Shown here: positions 41,951 to 57,935 of the stretch, piece after piece
Numbering within the stretch: the first letter of the stretch is position 1
Layout of the letters: every line of letters begins with the position of its first letter
Assembly (NCBI RefSeq): GCF_009914755.1
Contig: NC_060933.1
DNA from: the human T2T-CHM13v2.0 reference genome, Homo sapiens
Length of the DNA: 64,000 nucleotides
Reading direction: 5' to 3' (one strand)
The notes under the pieces: model-generated
The model's database searches: none
Told to the model about the DNA's origin: nothing
What the model saw: only the letters and a program-made list of their open reading frames with translations
Made by a program: the position numbers and the translations under genes

Positions 41951-44900
41951 CACTCGGGTTTATTCTATTCCTTTCCATTCCATTCGGGTTGAATCCATTC
42001 CTTTCCATTCCATTCCGTTCAATTCCATTCCATTGCACTCGTGTTGACTCCATTCCATTCCATGCCATTCCATTTCATTCCGTTCCATTCCATTCCATTA
42101 CATTCGGATTGAATCTTTTCAATTACCTTACACTCCATTACATTACATTCCATTCGGGTAGTTTCCATTCCATTCCATTCCATTACACTCCATTGCATTG
42201 CACTCGGGATGATTGAATCCATTCCATTGCATTCCATTCCATTCCCTTCCATTCCGGATGATTCCATTCCATTGCATTCCATTCCATTCCCCTGCACTCG
42301 GGTTGATTCCATTCCATTCCATTCCATTCCATTCCGTTCCATTCCATTCCATTCCATTCCATTCCATGCTGTTCAGGTTAATTGCATTCCACTCCATTCC
42401 CTTCCATTCCATTCCATTCCATTCCATTCCATTGCAATCGAGTTGATTCCATTGCATTCCATTCCATTCCATTCCATTGCATTCCATTGCATTCCATTCC
42501 CCTGCACTCAGGTTGATTCCATTCCATTCCATTCCATTCCATTCCATTCCATTCCATTCCATTCTATTCGCGTTAATTCCATTCCATTCCATTCCATTAC
42601 ATTCCATTGCAATCGAGTTGATTCCATTCCATTCCATTCCATTCCATTCCATTCCATTCCATTCCATTCAAGTCGTTTCCATTCCATTCCACTCGTGTTG
42701 ATTCCATTTTATTAGTTTCCATTCCATTCCATTCCCTTCCATTCCACTCTGGTTGATTGCATTCCTTTCCATTCCACTCGAATTCATTCCCTTCTATTCC
42801 ACTCGGAATGATTCCTTTCCATTCCGTTCCATTTCATTCCATTCCATTCCATTTCGTTCCATTGCATTCTATTCCGTACCATTCCATTCCATTCCATTCC
42901 ATGCCATTCCACTCGGGTTGATTCCATTGCTTTCCATTCCATTTGGGTTGAATCCATTCCATTCCATTCCATTCCATTCCCTTCCATTCCATTGCACTAG
43001 GTTTGATTCCATTCCACTGCATTCCATTCCATTCCATTCCATTCCATTCCATTCCATTCCGTTCCATTCCATTCCATTATATTCGGATTGATTCTTTTTA
43101 ATTCCCTTAGACTCCGTTTCATTCCATTCCATTCGGGTACTTTCCATTCCATTCCATTCCATTCCACTGCATTCTATTGCACTCGGGTTGATTGATTCCA
43201 TTCCATTGCATTCCATTCCATTCCATTCCATTCCATTCCGGATGATTCCATTCCATTGCATTCCATTCCATTCCATTCCATTCCCCTGCACTAGGGTTGA
43301 TTCCATTCCATTCCGTTCCTTTCCATTCCGTTCCATTCCATTCCAATCCGTTCTGTTCAGGTTAATTCCATTCCATTCCTTTCCCTTCCATTCCATTGCA
43401 TTCCATTCCATTGCAATCGAGTTGATTCCATTGCATTCCATTCCATTCCATTCCATTGCATTCCATTCCATTCCAATCCCCAGCACTCAGGTTGATTCCA
43501 TTCCATTCCGATCCATTCCATTCCATTCTATTCGTGTTAATTCCATTCCATTCCATTCCATTACCTTCTATTGCAATCGAGTTGATTGCATTCCATTCCG
43601 TTCCATTCCATTCCATTCCATTCAAGTCCTTTCCATTCCATTCCACTCGTGTTGATTCCATTTTATTGGTTTCCATTCCATACCATTCCCTTCCATTCCA
43701 CTCTGGTTGATTCCATTCCTTTCCATTCCACTCGAATTCATTCCCTTCTATTCCACTCGGAATGATTCCTTTCCATTCCGTTCCATTTCATTCCATTCCA
43801 TTCCATTTCGTTCCACTGCATTCTATTCCGTACCATTCCATTCCATTCCATTCCATGCCATTCCACTCGGGTTGATTCCATTGCTTTCCATTCCATGTGG
43901 GTTGAATCCATTCCATTCCATTCGATTCCATTCCATTCCATTCCATTCCATTCCGGATGATTCCATTCCATTGCATTCCATTCCATTCCATTCCATTCCC
44001 CTGCACCCGGGTTGATTCCATTCCATTCCGTTCCATTCCATTCCATTCCATTCCATTTCGTTCCATTCCATTCTATTCCATACCATTCCATTCCATTCCA
44101 TTCCATTCCACTCCATTCCATGCCATTCCACTCGGGTTTATTCCATTCCTTTCCATTCCATTCGGGTTGAATCCATTCCATTCCATTCCATTCCATTCCA
44201 TTGCATTCCATTCCATTCCATTCCCCTGCACTCGGGTTGATTCCATTCCATTCCACTCCATTCCGTTCCATTCCATTCCATTCCATTCCAGTCCTTTCCA
44301 TTCCATTCCACTCGGGTTGATTCCATTCTATTAGTTTCCGTTTCATTCCATTCCCTTCCATTCCTCTCTGGTTGATTGCATTCCTTTCCATTCCACTCGA
44401 ATACATTCCCTCCTATTCCACTCGGAACGATTCCATTCCATTCCATTCCATTCCATTCCATTGCATTCCATTTCGTTCCATTCCATTCTATTGCATACCA
44501 TTCCATTCCATTCCATTCCATTCCATTGCATTCCACTCGTTTTGATTCCATCCCTTTCCATTCCATTCGGTTTGAAGGCATTCCATTCCATTCCATTCCA
44601 TTCCATTCCATTCCATTCCATTCCTCTCCATTGTACTCGGGTTGATTCCATTCCATTGCATTCCACTCCATTCCATTCCATTCCATTCCGTTGCATTCCA
44701 TTCCATTACATTCGGATTGATTCTATTCAACTCCCTTACTCTCCATTACATTCAATTCCATTCGGGTTGTTCCATTCCATTCCATTCCATTCCACTCCAT
44801 TCCATTGCACTCGGGTTGATTCCATTCCATTCCATTCCATTCCATTCCATTCCATTCCGGATGATTCCATTCCATTGCATTCCGTTCCATTACATTCCCC

Positions 44901-47900
44901 TGCACTCGCGTTGATTCCATTCCATTCCATTCCATTCAATTCAATTCCATTCCATTACAATTCCTTCCATTCCATTCTATTCCGTACCATTCCATTCCAT
45001 TCCATACCATTCCATTCCATTCCATTCCATTCCATTCTGTTCCATTCCGTTCCATTCCATTCCATTCCATTCTATTCGGGTTTAATCCATTCCATTCCAT
45101 TCCATTCCATTCCATTCCATTCTATTCCTTTCCATTGCAATCGAGTTGAATCCATTGCATTTCATTCCATTCCATTCCATTCAATTCCATTCCGGAAGAT
45201 TCCATTCCATTGCATTCCATTCCATTCCATTCCCCTGCACTCGCGTTGATTCCATTCCATTCCATTCCATTCCATTCCGTTCCGTTCCATTCCATTCCAT
45301 TCCATTCCGTTCCGTTCCGTTCCATTCCATTCCATTCCATTCTATTCGGGTTAATTCCATTCCATTCCATTCGATTGCAATCGAGTTGATTACATTCCAT
45401 TCCATTGCATTCCATTCCATTCCATTCCATTCCATTCCTTTCCATTCCATTACGGATGATTCCATTCCATTGCATTCCATTCCATTCCATTCCCCTGTAC
45501 TCGGGTTGATTCGATTCCATTCCATTCCAATCCATGCCATTCCACTCGTGTTGATTCCATTCTTTCCATTCCATTCAATTTGAATCCATTCCATTGCATT
45601 CCATTCCATTCGATTCCATTCGATTGCACTCGGGTTGATTCCATTCCGTTGCATTCCATTCAATTCCATTCCATTCCATTCCATTCCATTCCGTTCCATT
45701 CCATTCCATTGCATTCAGATTGATTCTATTCAATTCCCTTACACTCCATTACATTCCATTCCATTCGGGTAGTTTCCATTCCATTCCATTCCATTCCTCT
45801 CCATTCCATTGCATTCGGGTTGATTCCATTCCATTGCATTCCATTCCATTCCATTCAATTCCATTCCTTTCCATTCCATTCCATTACATTCGGATTGATT
45901 CTATTCAACTCCCTTACTCTCCATTACATTCCATTCCATTCGGGTTGTTCCATTCCATTCCATTCCATTCCACCCCATTCCATTGCACTCGGGTTGATTC
46001 CATTCCTTTCCATTCCACTCGAATACATTCCCTCATATTCCACTCGGAACGATTCCATTCCATTCCATTCCATTCCATTCCATTCCATTTCGTTCCATTC
46101 CATTCTATTCCGTACCATTCCATTCCATTCCATTTCTGTCCATTCCATTCCATTCCACTCGTGTTGATTCCATTCCTTTCCATTCCATTCGGTTTGAACG
46201 CATTCCATTCCATTCCATTCCATTCCATTCCATTCCATTCCATTCCGTTGTACTCGGGTTGATTCCATTCCATTGCATTCCATTCCATTCCATTCCATTC
46301 CATTCCATTCCATTCCATTCCATTCCGTTGCATTCCATTCCATTACATTCGGATTGATTCTATTCAACACCCTTACTCTCCATTCCATTCCATTCCATTC
46401 GGGTTGTTCCATTCCATTCCATTCCATTCCACTCCATTCCATTGCACTCGGGTTAATTCCATTCCATTCCATTCCATTCCATTCAATTCCGGATGATTCC
46501 ATTCCATTCCATTCCATTCCATTCCATTCCATTCCATTCCGTTCCGTTCCGTTCCGTTCCATACCATTGCATTCCATTCTATTCGGGTTAATTCCATTCC
46601 ATTCCATTCCATTCCATTCTATTCCATTCCATTGCAATCGAGTTGAATCCATTGCATTCCATTCCATTCCATTCCATTCCATACCATTCCAGAAGACTCC
46701 ATTCCATTGCATTCCATTCCATTCCATTCCCCTGCACTCGCGTCGATTCCATTCCATTCCATTCCATTCCATTCCGTTCCGTTCCGTTCCGTTCCATTCC
46801 ATTCCATTCTATTCGGGTTAATTCCATTCCATTCCATTCGATTGCAATCGAGTTGATTTCATTCCATTCCATTCCATTCCATTCCATTCCATTCCATTCC
46901 TTTCCATTCCATTACGGATGATTCCATTCCATTGCATTACATTCCATTCCATTCCCCTGTACTCGGGTTGATTCCATTCCATTCCATTCCATTCCATTCT
47001 ATTCCATTCCATTCCATTCCATACCGGAAGATTCCATTCCATTGCATTCCATTCCATTCCATTCCCCTGCACTCGGGTTGATTCCATTCCATTCCATTCC
47101 ATTCCATTCCATTCCATTCCGTTGCGTTCCGTTCCATTCCATTCCATTCCATTCCATTCCATTCCGTTCCGTTCCGTTCCATTCCATTCCATTCCATTCC
47201 ATTACAATCGAGTTGATTCCATTCCATTCCATTCCATTACATTACATTCTCTTCCATTCCTTTCCATTCCATTCCACTCGGGTTGATTCCATTCTATTAG
47301 TTTCCGTTCCATTCCATTCCCTTCCATTCCACTCTGGTTGACTCCTTTCCTTTCCATTCCACTCGAATACGTTCCCTCCTATTCCACTCGGAACGATTCC
47401 ATTCCATTCCATTCCATTCCATTCCATTCCATTCCATTCCATTCCATTCCATTACAATGGAGTTGATTCCATTCCATTCCATTCCATTCCATTCCATTCC
47501 ATTCCTTTCCATTCCATTCCACTCGGGTTGTTTCCATTCTATTAGTTTCCGTTCCATTCCATTCCCTTCCATTCCACTCGGGTTGATTGCATTCTATTAG
47601 TTTCCGTTCCATTCCATTCCCTTCCATTCCACTCTGGTTGATTCCTTTCCTTTCCATTCCACTCGAATACACTCCCTCCTATTCCACTCGGAACGATTCC
47701 ATTCCATTCCATTCCATTCCATTCCACTCCATTCCATTCCATTCCATTTCATTCCATTCCATTCTATTCCGTACCATTCCATTCCATTCCATTCTATTCC
47801 ATTCCATTCCACTCCATTCCATTCCATTCCATTCCATTCCATTCCATTCCATTCCGTTCCATTCCATTTCATTACATTGAGATTGATTCTATTCAATTCC

Positions 47901-48079
47901 CTAACACTCCATTATATTCCATTACATTCGGGTTGTTTCCATTCCATTCCATTCCATTCCATTCCATTCCATTCCATTCCATTCCGGATGATTCCGTTCC
48001 ATTGCATTCCATTCCATTCCATGAACCTGCACTCGGGTGGATTCCATTCCATTCCATTCCATTCCATTCCATTCAATTC

Positions 48080-51000
48080 CATTCCGTTCCGTTCCTTTCC
48101 ATTCCATTCCATTCCATTCCATTCCGTTCCGTTCCATTCCATTCCATTCCATACTATTCGGGTTAATTCCATACCATTCCATTCGATTGCAATCGAGTTG
48201 ATTCCATTCCATTCCATTCCATTCGATTCCATTCCATTCCAATTCTTTCCATTCCATTCTATTCCGTACCATTCCATTCCATTCCATACAATTCCATTCC
48301 ATTCCTTTCCATTACATTCCATTCCGTTCCGTTCCGTTCCGTTCCGTTCCATTCCATTCCATTCCATTCCATTCCATTCCATTCCGGAAGATTCCATTCC
48401 ATTGCATTCCATTCCATTCCATTCCCCTGCACTCGCGTTTATTCCCTTCAATTCCATTCCATTCCATTCCATTCTTTTCCATTCCGTTCCGTTCCGTTCC
48501 ATTCCATTCCATTCCATTCCATTCCATTCCGTTCCGTTCTGTTCCATTCCATTCCATTCCATTCTATTCGGGTTAATTCCATTCCATTCCATTCGATTGC
48601 AATCGATTTGATTCCATTCCATTCCATTCCATTCCATTCCATTCCATTCCATTCCATTCCATTTCGCATGATTCCATTCCATTGCATTCCATTCCATCCC
48701 GTTCCCCTGTACTCGGGTTGATTCCATTCCATTCCATTCCATTCCATGCCATTCCACTCGTGTTGATTCCATTCTTTCCATTCCATTCAAGTTGAATCCA
48801 TTCCATTGCATTCCATTCCATTCGATTCCATTCGATTGCACTCGGGTTGATTCCATTCCATTGCATTGCATTCCATTCCATTCCATTCCATTCCATTCCC
48901 TTCCATTCCATTCCATTCCATTCCATTATATTAGGGTTAATTCCATTCAATTCCATTCCATTCCATTCCATTCCATTCCATTCCATTCCAGTGCAATCGA
49001 GTTGATTCCATTCCATTCCATTCCATTCCATTCCATTCCATTCCATTCAATTCCGGATGATTCCATTCCATTGCCTTCCATTGCATTCCATTCCACTGCA
49101 CTCGGGTTGATTCCATTCCATTCCATTCCATTCCATTCCATTCCATTCCATTTCATTTCGTTGCATTCCATTCTATTCCATTCCAATCCATTCCATTCCA
49201 TTCCATTTCATTTCGTTCCATTCCATTCTCTTCCGGACCATTCCATTCCATTCCATTCCATGCTATTCCACTCCGGTTGATTCCATTCCTTTCCATTCCA
49301 TTCGACTTGAATCCATTCCATTCCATTCAATTCCATTCGATTCCATTCCATTGCACACGGGTTCATTCCATTCCATTCCATTCCATTCCATTCCGTTCCG
49401 TTCCTTTCCATTCCATTCCATTCCATTCCTTTCCGTTCCGTTCCATTCCATTCCATTCCATACTATTCGGGTTAATTCCATTCCATTCCATTCGATTGCA
49501 ATCGAGTTGATTCCATTCCATTCCATTCCATTCGATTCCATTCCATTCCAATTCTTTCCATTCCATTCTATTCCGTACCATTCCATTCCATTCCATACAA
49601 TTCCATTCCATTCCTTTCCATTACATTCCATTCCGTTCCGTTCCGTTCCGTTCCGTTCCATTCCATTCCATTCCATTCTATTCCATTCCATTGCAATCGA
49701 GTTGAATCCATTGCATTCCATTCCATTCCATTCCATTCCATTCCATTCCATTCCATTCCGGAAGATTCCATTCCATTGCATTCCATTCCATTCCATTCCC
49801 CTGCACTCGCGTTTATTCCCTTCAATTCCATTCCATTCCATTCCATTCCTTTCCATTCCGTTCCGTTCCGTTAAATTCCATTCCATTCCATTCCATTCCA
49901 TTCCGTTCCGTTCTGTTCCATTCCATTCCATTCCATTCTATTCGGGTTAATTCCATTCCATTCCATTCGATTGCAATCGATTTGATTCCATTCCATTCCA
50001 TTCCATTCCATTCCATTCCATTCCATTTCGCATGATTCCATTCCATTGCATTCCATTCCATCCCGTTCCCCTGTACTCGGGTTGATTCCATTCCATTCCA
50101 TTCCATTCCATGCCATTCCACTCGTGTTGATTCCATTCTTTCCATTCCATTCAAGTTGAATCCATTCCATTGCATTCCATTCCATTCGATTCCATTCGAT
50201 TGCACTCGGGTTGATTCCATTCCATTGCATTGCATTCCATTCCATTCCATTCCATTCCATTCCCTTCCATTCCATTCCATTCCATTCCATTATATTAGGG
50301 TTAATTCCATTCCATTCCATTCCATTCCATTCCATTCCATTCCATTCCAGTGCAATCGAGTTGATTCCATTCCATTCCATTCCATTCCATTCCATTCCAT
50401 TCCATTCCATTCAATTCCGGATGATTCCATTCCATTGCCTTCCATTGCATTCCATTCCACTGCACTCGGGTTGATTCCATTCCATTCCATTCCATTCCAT
50501 TCCATTCCATTCCATTTCATTTCGTTGCATTCCATTCTATTCCATTCCAATCCATTCCATTCCATTCCATTTCATTTCGTTCCATTCCATTCTCTTCCGG
50601 ACCATTCCATTCCATTCCATTCCATGCTATTCCACTCCGGTTGATTCCATTCCTTTCCATTCCATTCGACTTGAATCCATTCCATTCCATTCAATTCCAT
50701 TCGATTCCATTCCATTGCACACGGGTTCATTCCATTCCATTCCATTCCATTCCATTCCGTTCCGTTCCTTTCCATTCCATTCCATTCCATTCCTCTCCGT
50801 TTCGTTCCATTCCATTCCATTCCATACTATTCGGGTTAATTCCATTCCATTCCATTCGATTGCAATCGAGTTGATTCCATTCCATTCCATTCCATTCGAT
50901 TCCATTCCATTCCAATTCTTTCCATTCCATTCTATTCCGTACCATTCCATTCCATTCCATACAATTCCATTCCATTCCTTTCCATTACATTCCATTCCGT

Positions 51001-52110
51001 TCCGTTCCGTTCCGTTCCGTTCCATTCCATTCCATTCCATTCTATTCCATTCCATTGCAATCGAGTTGAATCCATTGCATTCCATTCCATTCCATTCCAT
51101 TCCATTCCATTCCATTCCATTCCGGAAGATTCCATTCCATTGCATTCCATTCCATTCCATTCCCCTGCACTCGCGTTTATTCCCTTCAATTCCATTCCAT
51201 TCCATTCCATTCCTTTCCATTCCGTTCCGTTCCGTTCCATTCCATTCCATTCCATTCCATTCCATTCCGTTCCGTTCTGTTCCATTCCATTCCATTCCAT
51301 TCTATTCGGGTTAATTCCATTCCATTCCATTCGATTGCAATCGATTTGATTCCATTCCATTCCATTCCATTCCATTCCATTCCATTCCATTTCGCATGAT
51401 TCCATTCCATTGCATTCCATTCCATCCCGTTCCCCTGTACTCGGGTTGATTCCATTCCATTCCATTCCATTCCATGCCATTCCACTCGTGTTGATTCCAT
51501 TCTTTCCATTCCATTCAAGTTGAATCCATTCCATTGCATTCCATTCCATTCGATTCCATTCGATTGCACTCGGGTTGATTCCATTCCATTGCATTGCATT
51601 CCATTCCATTCCATTCCATTCCATTCCCTTCCATTCCATTCCATTCCATTCCATTATATTAGGGTTAATTCCATTCCATTCCATTCCATTCCATTCCATT
51701 CCATTCCATTCCATTCCATTCCATTCCAGTGCAATCGAGTTGATTCCATTCCATTCCATTCCATTCCATTCCATTCCATTCCATTCCATTCAATTCCGGA
51801 TGATTCCATTCCATTGCCTTCCATTGCATTCCATTCCACTGCACTCGGGTTGATTCCATTCCATTCCATTCCATTCCATTCCATTCCATTCCATTTCATT
51901 TCGTTCCATTCCATTATATTCCATTCCAATCCATTCCATTCCATTCCATTTCATTTCGTTCCATTCCATTCTCTTCCGGACCATTCCATTCCATTCCATT
52001 CCATGCTATTCCACTCCGGTTGATTCCATTCCTTTCCATTCCATTCGACTTGAATCCATTCCATTCCATTCAATTCCATTCGATTCCATTCCATTGCACA
52101 CGGGTTCATT
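48080..52110 (+). repeat. Three tandem copies of a 1364 bp unit
   Basis: TTTCGCATGATT at ~48662, ~50026 and ~51390. ORF starts 48792/50156/51520 are each exactly 1364 apart. Confidence 0.9.
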
Positions 52111-55100
52111 CCATTCCATTCCATTCCATTCCATTCAATTCCGGATGATTCCATTCCATTGCCTTCCATTCCATTCCATTCCACTGCACTCGGGTTGATT
52201 CCATTCCATTCCATTCCATTCCATTCCATTCCATTCCATTCCATTTCATTTCGTTCCATTCCATTCTATTGCATACCATTCCATTCCATTCCATTCCATT
52301 CCATTGCATTCCACTCGTGTTGATTCCATCCCTTTCCATTCCATTCGGTTTGAAGGCATTCCATTCCATTCCATTCCATTCCATTCCATTCCATTCCACT
52401 CCATTGTACTCGGGTTGATTCCATTCCATTGCATTTCACTCCATTCCATTCCATTCCATTCCGTTGCATTCCATTCCATTACATTCGGATTGATTCTATT
52501 CAACTCCCTTACTCTCCATTACATTCAATTCCATTTGGGTTGTTCCATTCCATTCCATTCCATTCCACTCCATTCCATTGCACTCGGGTTGATTCCATTC
52601 CATTCCATTCCATTCCATTCCATTCTATTCCGGATGATTCCATTCCATTGCATTCCGTTCCATTACATTCCCCTGCACTCGCGTTGATTCCATTCCATTC
52701 CATTCCATTCAATTCAATTCCATTCCATTACAATTCCTTCCATTCCATTCTATTCCGTACCATTCCATTCCATTCCATACCATTCCATTCCATTCCATTC
52801 CATTCCATTCTGTTCCATTCCGTTCCATTCCATTCCATTCTATTCTATTCGGGTTTAATCCATTCCATTCCATTCCATTCCATTCCATTCTATTCCTTTC
52901 CATTGCAATCGAGTTGAATCCATTGCATTTCATTCCATTCCATTCCATTCAATTCCATTCCGGAAGATTCCATTCCGTTGCATTCCATTCCATTCCATTC
53001 CCCTGCACTCGCGTTGATTCCATTCCATTCCATTCCATTCCATTCCGTTCCGTTCCATTCCATTCCATTCCATTCCATTCCATTCCGTTCCGTTCCGTTC
53101 CATTCCATTCCATTCCATTCTATTCGGGTTAATTCCATTCCATTCCATTCGATTGCAATCGAGTTGATTACATTCCATTCCATTGCATTCCATTCCATTC
53201 CATTCCATTCCATTCCTTTCCATTCCATTACGGATGATTCCATTCCATTGCATTCCATTCCATTCCATTCCCCTGTACTCGGGTTGATTCGATTCCATTC
53301 CATTCCAATCCATGCCATTCCACTCGTGTTGATTCCATTCTTTCCATTCCATTCAATTTGAATCCATTCCATTGCATTCCATTCCATTCGATTCCATTCG
53401 ATTGCACTCGGGTTGATTCCATTCCGTTGCATTCCATTCAATTCCATTCCATTCCATTCCATTCCATTCCATTCCGTTCCATTCCATTCCATTGCATTCG
53501 GATTGATTCTATTCAATTCCCTTACACTCCATTACATTCCATTCCATTCGGGTAGTTTCCATTCCATTCCATTCCATTCCTCTCCATTCCATTGCATTCG
53601 GGTTGATTCCATTCCATTGCATTCCATTCCATTCCATTCAATTCCATTCCTTTCCATTCCATTCCATTACATTCGGATTGATTCTATTCAACTCCCTTAC
53701 TCTCCATTACATTCCATTCCATTCGGGTTGTTCCATTCCATTCCATTCCATTCCACCCCATTCCATTGCACTCGGGTTGATTCCATTCCTTTCCATTCCA
53801 CTCGAATACATTCCCTCATATTCCACTCGGAACGATTCCATTCCATTCCATTCCATTCCATTCCATTCCATTTCGTTCCATTCCATTCTATTCCGTACCA
53901 TTCCATTCCATTCCATTTCTGTCCATTCCATTCCATTCCACTCGTGTTGATTCCATTCCTTTCCATTCCATTCGGTTTGAACGCATTCCATTCCATTCCA
54001 TTCCATTCCATTCCATTCCATTCCATTCCATTCCATTCCATTCCATTCCATTCCGTTGTACTCGGGTTGATTCCATTCCATTGCATTCCATTCCATTCCA
54101 TTCCGTTCCATTCCATTCCATTCCATTCCATTCCATTCCGTTGCATTCCATTCCATTACATTCGGATTGATTCTATTCAACACCCTTACTATCCATTACA
54201 TTCCATTCCATTCGGGTTGTTCCATTCCATTCCATTCCACTCCATTCCATTGCACTCGGGTTAATTCCATTCCATTCCATTCCATTCCATTCAATTCCGG
54301 ATGATTCCATTTCATTCCATTCCATTCCATTCCATTCCATTCCATTCCGTTCCGTTCCGTTCCGTTCCATACCATTGCATTCCATTCTATTCGGGTTAAT
54401 TCCATTCCATTCCATTCCATTCCATTGCAATCGAGTTGAATCCATTGCATTCCATTCCATTCCATTCCATTCCATACCATTCCAGAAGATTCCATTCCAT
54501 TGCATTCCATTCCATTCCATTCCCCTGCACTCGCGTTGATTCCATTCCATTCCATTCCATTCCATTCCGTTCCGTTCCGTTCCGTTCCATTCCATTCCAT
54601 TCTATTCGGGTTAATTCCATTCCATTCCATTCGATTGCAATCGAGTTGATTCCATTCCATTCCATTCCATTCCATTCCATTCCATTCCATTTCGCATGAT
54701 TCCATTCCATTGCATTCCATTCCATCCCGTTCCCCTGTACTCGGGTTGATTCCATTCCATTCCATTCCATTCCATGCCATTCCACTCGTGTTGATTCCAT
54801 TCTTTCCATTCCATTCAAGTTGAATCCATTCCATTGCATTCCATTCCATTCGATTCCATTCGATTGCACTCGGGTTGATTCCATTCCATTGCATTGCATT
54901 CCATTCCATTCCATTCCATTCCATTCCCTTCCATTCCATTCCATTCCATTCCATTATATTAGGGTTAATTCCATTCCATTCCATTCCATTCCATTCCATT
55001 CCATTCCAGTGCAATCGAGTTGATTCCATTCCATTCCATTCCATTCCATTCCATTCCATTCCATTCCATTCAATTCCGGATGATTCCATTCCATTGCCTT

Positions 55101-57935
55101 CCATTCCATTCCATTCCACTGCACTCGGGTTGATTCCATTCCATTCCATTCCATTCCATTCCATTCCATTCCATTCCATTCCATTTCATTTCGTTCCATT
55201 CCATTCTATTCCATTCCAATCCATTCCATTCCATTCCATTTCATTTCGTTCCATTCCATTCTCTTCCGGACCATTCCATTCCATTCCATTCCATGCTATT
55301 CCACTCCGGTTGATTCCATTCCTTTCCATTCCATTCGAATTGAATGCATTCCATTCCATTCAATTCCATTCGATTGCATTCCATTGCACACGGGTTCATT
55401 CCATTCCATTCCATTCCATTCCATTCAATTCCGGATGTTTCCATTCCATTGCCTTCCATTCCATTGCATTCCACTGCACTCGGGTTGATTCCATTCCATT
55501 CCATTCCATTCCATTCCATTCCATTCCATTCCATTTCATTTCGTTCCATTCCATTCTATTGCATACCATTCCATTCCATTCCATTCCATTCCATTGCATT
55601 CCACTCGTGTTGATTCCATCCCTTTCCATTCCATTCGGTTTGAAGGCATTCCATTCCATTCCATTCCATTCCATTCCATTCCATTCCATTCCACTCCATT
55701 GTACTCGGGTTGATTCCATTCCATTGCATTCCACTCCATTCCATTCCATTCCATTCCGTTGCATTCCATTCCATTACATTCGGATTGATTCTATTCAACT
55801 CCCTTACTCTCCATTACATTCAATTCCATTCGGGTTGTTCCATTCCATTCCATTCCATTCCACTCCATTCCATTGCACTCGGGTTGATTCCATTCCATTC
55901 CATTCCATTCCATTCCATTCCATTCCGGATGATTCCATTCCATTGCATTCCGTTCCATTACATTCCCCTGCACTCGCGTTGATTCCATTCCATTCCATTC
56001 CATTCAATTCAATTCCATTCCATTACAATTCCTTCCATTCCATTCTATTCCGTACCATTCCATTCCATTCCATACCATTCCATTCCATTCCATTCCATTC
56101 CATTCTGTTCCATTCCGTTCCATTCCATTCCATTCCATTCTATTCGGGTTTAATCCATTCCATTCCATTCCATTCCATTCCATTCTATTCCTTTCCATTG
56201 CAATCGAGTTGAATCCATTGCATTTCATTCCATTCCATTCCATTCAATTCCATTCCGGAAGATTCCATTCCGTTGCATTCCATTCCATTCCATTCCCCTG
56301 CACTCGCGTTGATTCCATTCCATTCCATTCCATTCCATTCCGTTCCGTTCCATTCCATTCCATTCCATTCCATTCCATTCCTTTCCGTTCCGTTCCATTC
56401 CATTCCATTCCATTCTATTCGGGTTAATTCCATTCCATTCCATTCGATTGCAATCGAGTTGATTACATTCCATTCCATTGCATTCCATTCCATTCCATTC
56501 CATTCCATTCCTTTCCATTCCATTACGGATGATTCCATTCCATTGCATTCCATTCCATTCCATTCCCCTGTACTCGGGTTGATTCGATTCCATTCCATTC
56601 CAATCCATGCCATTCCACTCGTGTTGATTCCATTCTTTCCATTCCATTCAATTTGAATCCATTCCATTGCATTCCATTCCATTCGATTCCATTCGATTGC
56701 ACTCGGGTTGATTCCATTCCGTTGCATTCCATTCAATTCCATTCCATTCCATTCCATTCCATTCCGTTCCATTCCATTCCATTGCATTCGGATTGATTCT
56801 ATTCAATTCCCTTACACTCCATTACATTCCATTCCATTCGGGTAGTTTCCATTCCATTCCATTCCATTCCTCTCCATTCCATTGCATTCGGGTTGATTCC
56901 ATTCCATTGCATTCCATTCCATTCCATTCAATTCCATTCCTTTCCATTCCATTCCATTACATTCGGATTGATTCTATTCAACTCCCTTACTCTCCATTAC
57001 ATTCCATTCCATTCGGGTTGTTCCATTCCATTCCATTCCATTCCACCCCATTCCATTGCACTCGGGTTGATTCCATTCCTTTCCATTCCACTCGAATACA
57101 TTCCCTCATATTCCACTCGGAACGATTCCATTCCATTCCATTCCATTCCATTCCATTCCATTCCATTTCGTTCCATTCCATTCTATTCCGTACCATTCCA
57201 TTCCATTCCATTTCTGTCCATTCCATTCCATTCCACTCGTGTTGATTCCATTCCTTTCCATTCCATTCGGTTTGAACGCATTCCATTCCATTCCATTCCA
57301 TTCCATTCCATTCCATTCCGTTGTACTCGGGTTGATTCCATTCCATTGCATTCCATTCCATTCCATTCCATTCCATTCCATTCCATTCCATTCCATTCCG
57401 TTGCATTCCATTCCATTACATTCGGATTGATTCTATTCAACACCCTTACTCTCCATTACATTCCATTCCATTCGGGTTGTTCCATTCCATTCCATTCCAT
57501 TCCACTCCATTCCATTGCACTCGGGTTAATTCCATTCCATTCCATTCCATTCCATTCAATTCCGGATGATTCCATTCCATTCCATTCCATTCCATTCCAT
57601 TCCATTCCATTCCATTCCGTTCCGTTCCGTTCCGTTCCATACCATTGCATTCCATTCTATTCGGGTTAATTCCATTCCATTCCATTCCATTCCATTCTAT
57701 TCCATTCCATTGCAATCGAGTTGAATCCATTGCATTCCATTCCATTCCATTCCATTCCATACCATTCCAGAAGATTCCATTCCATTGCATTCCATTCCAT
57801 TCCATTCCCCTGCACTCGCGTTGATTCCATTCCATTCCATTCCATTCCATTCCGTTCCGTTCCGTTCCGTTCCATTCCATTCCATTCTATTCGGGTTAAT
57901 TCCATTCCATTCCATTCGATTGCAATCGAGTTGAT
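51340..57935 (+). repeat. Two tandem copies of a ~3.3 kb unit
   Basis: ORF pairs 52509/55804, 52914/56209 and 53228/56523 are all 3295 apart. TTTCGCATG occurs at ~51390 and ~54690. Confidence 0.88.
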
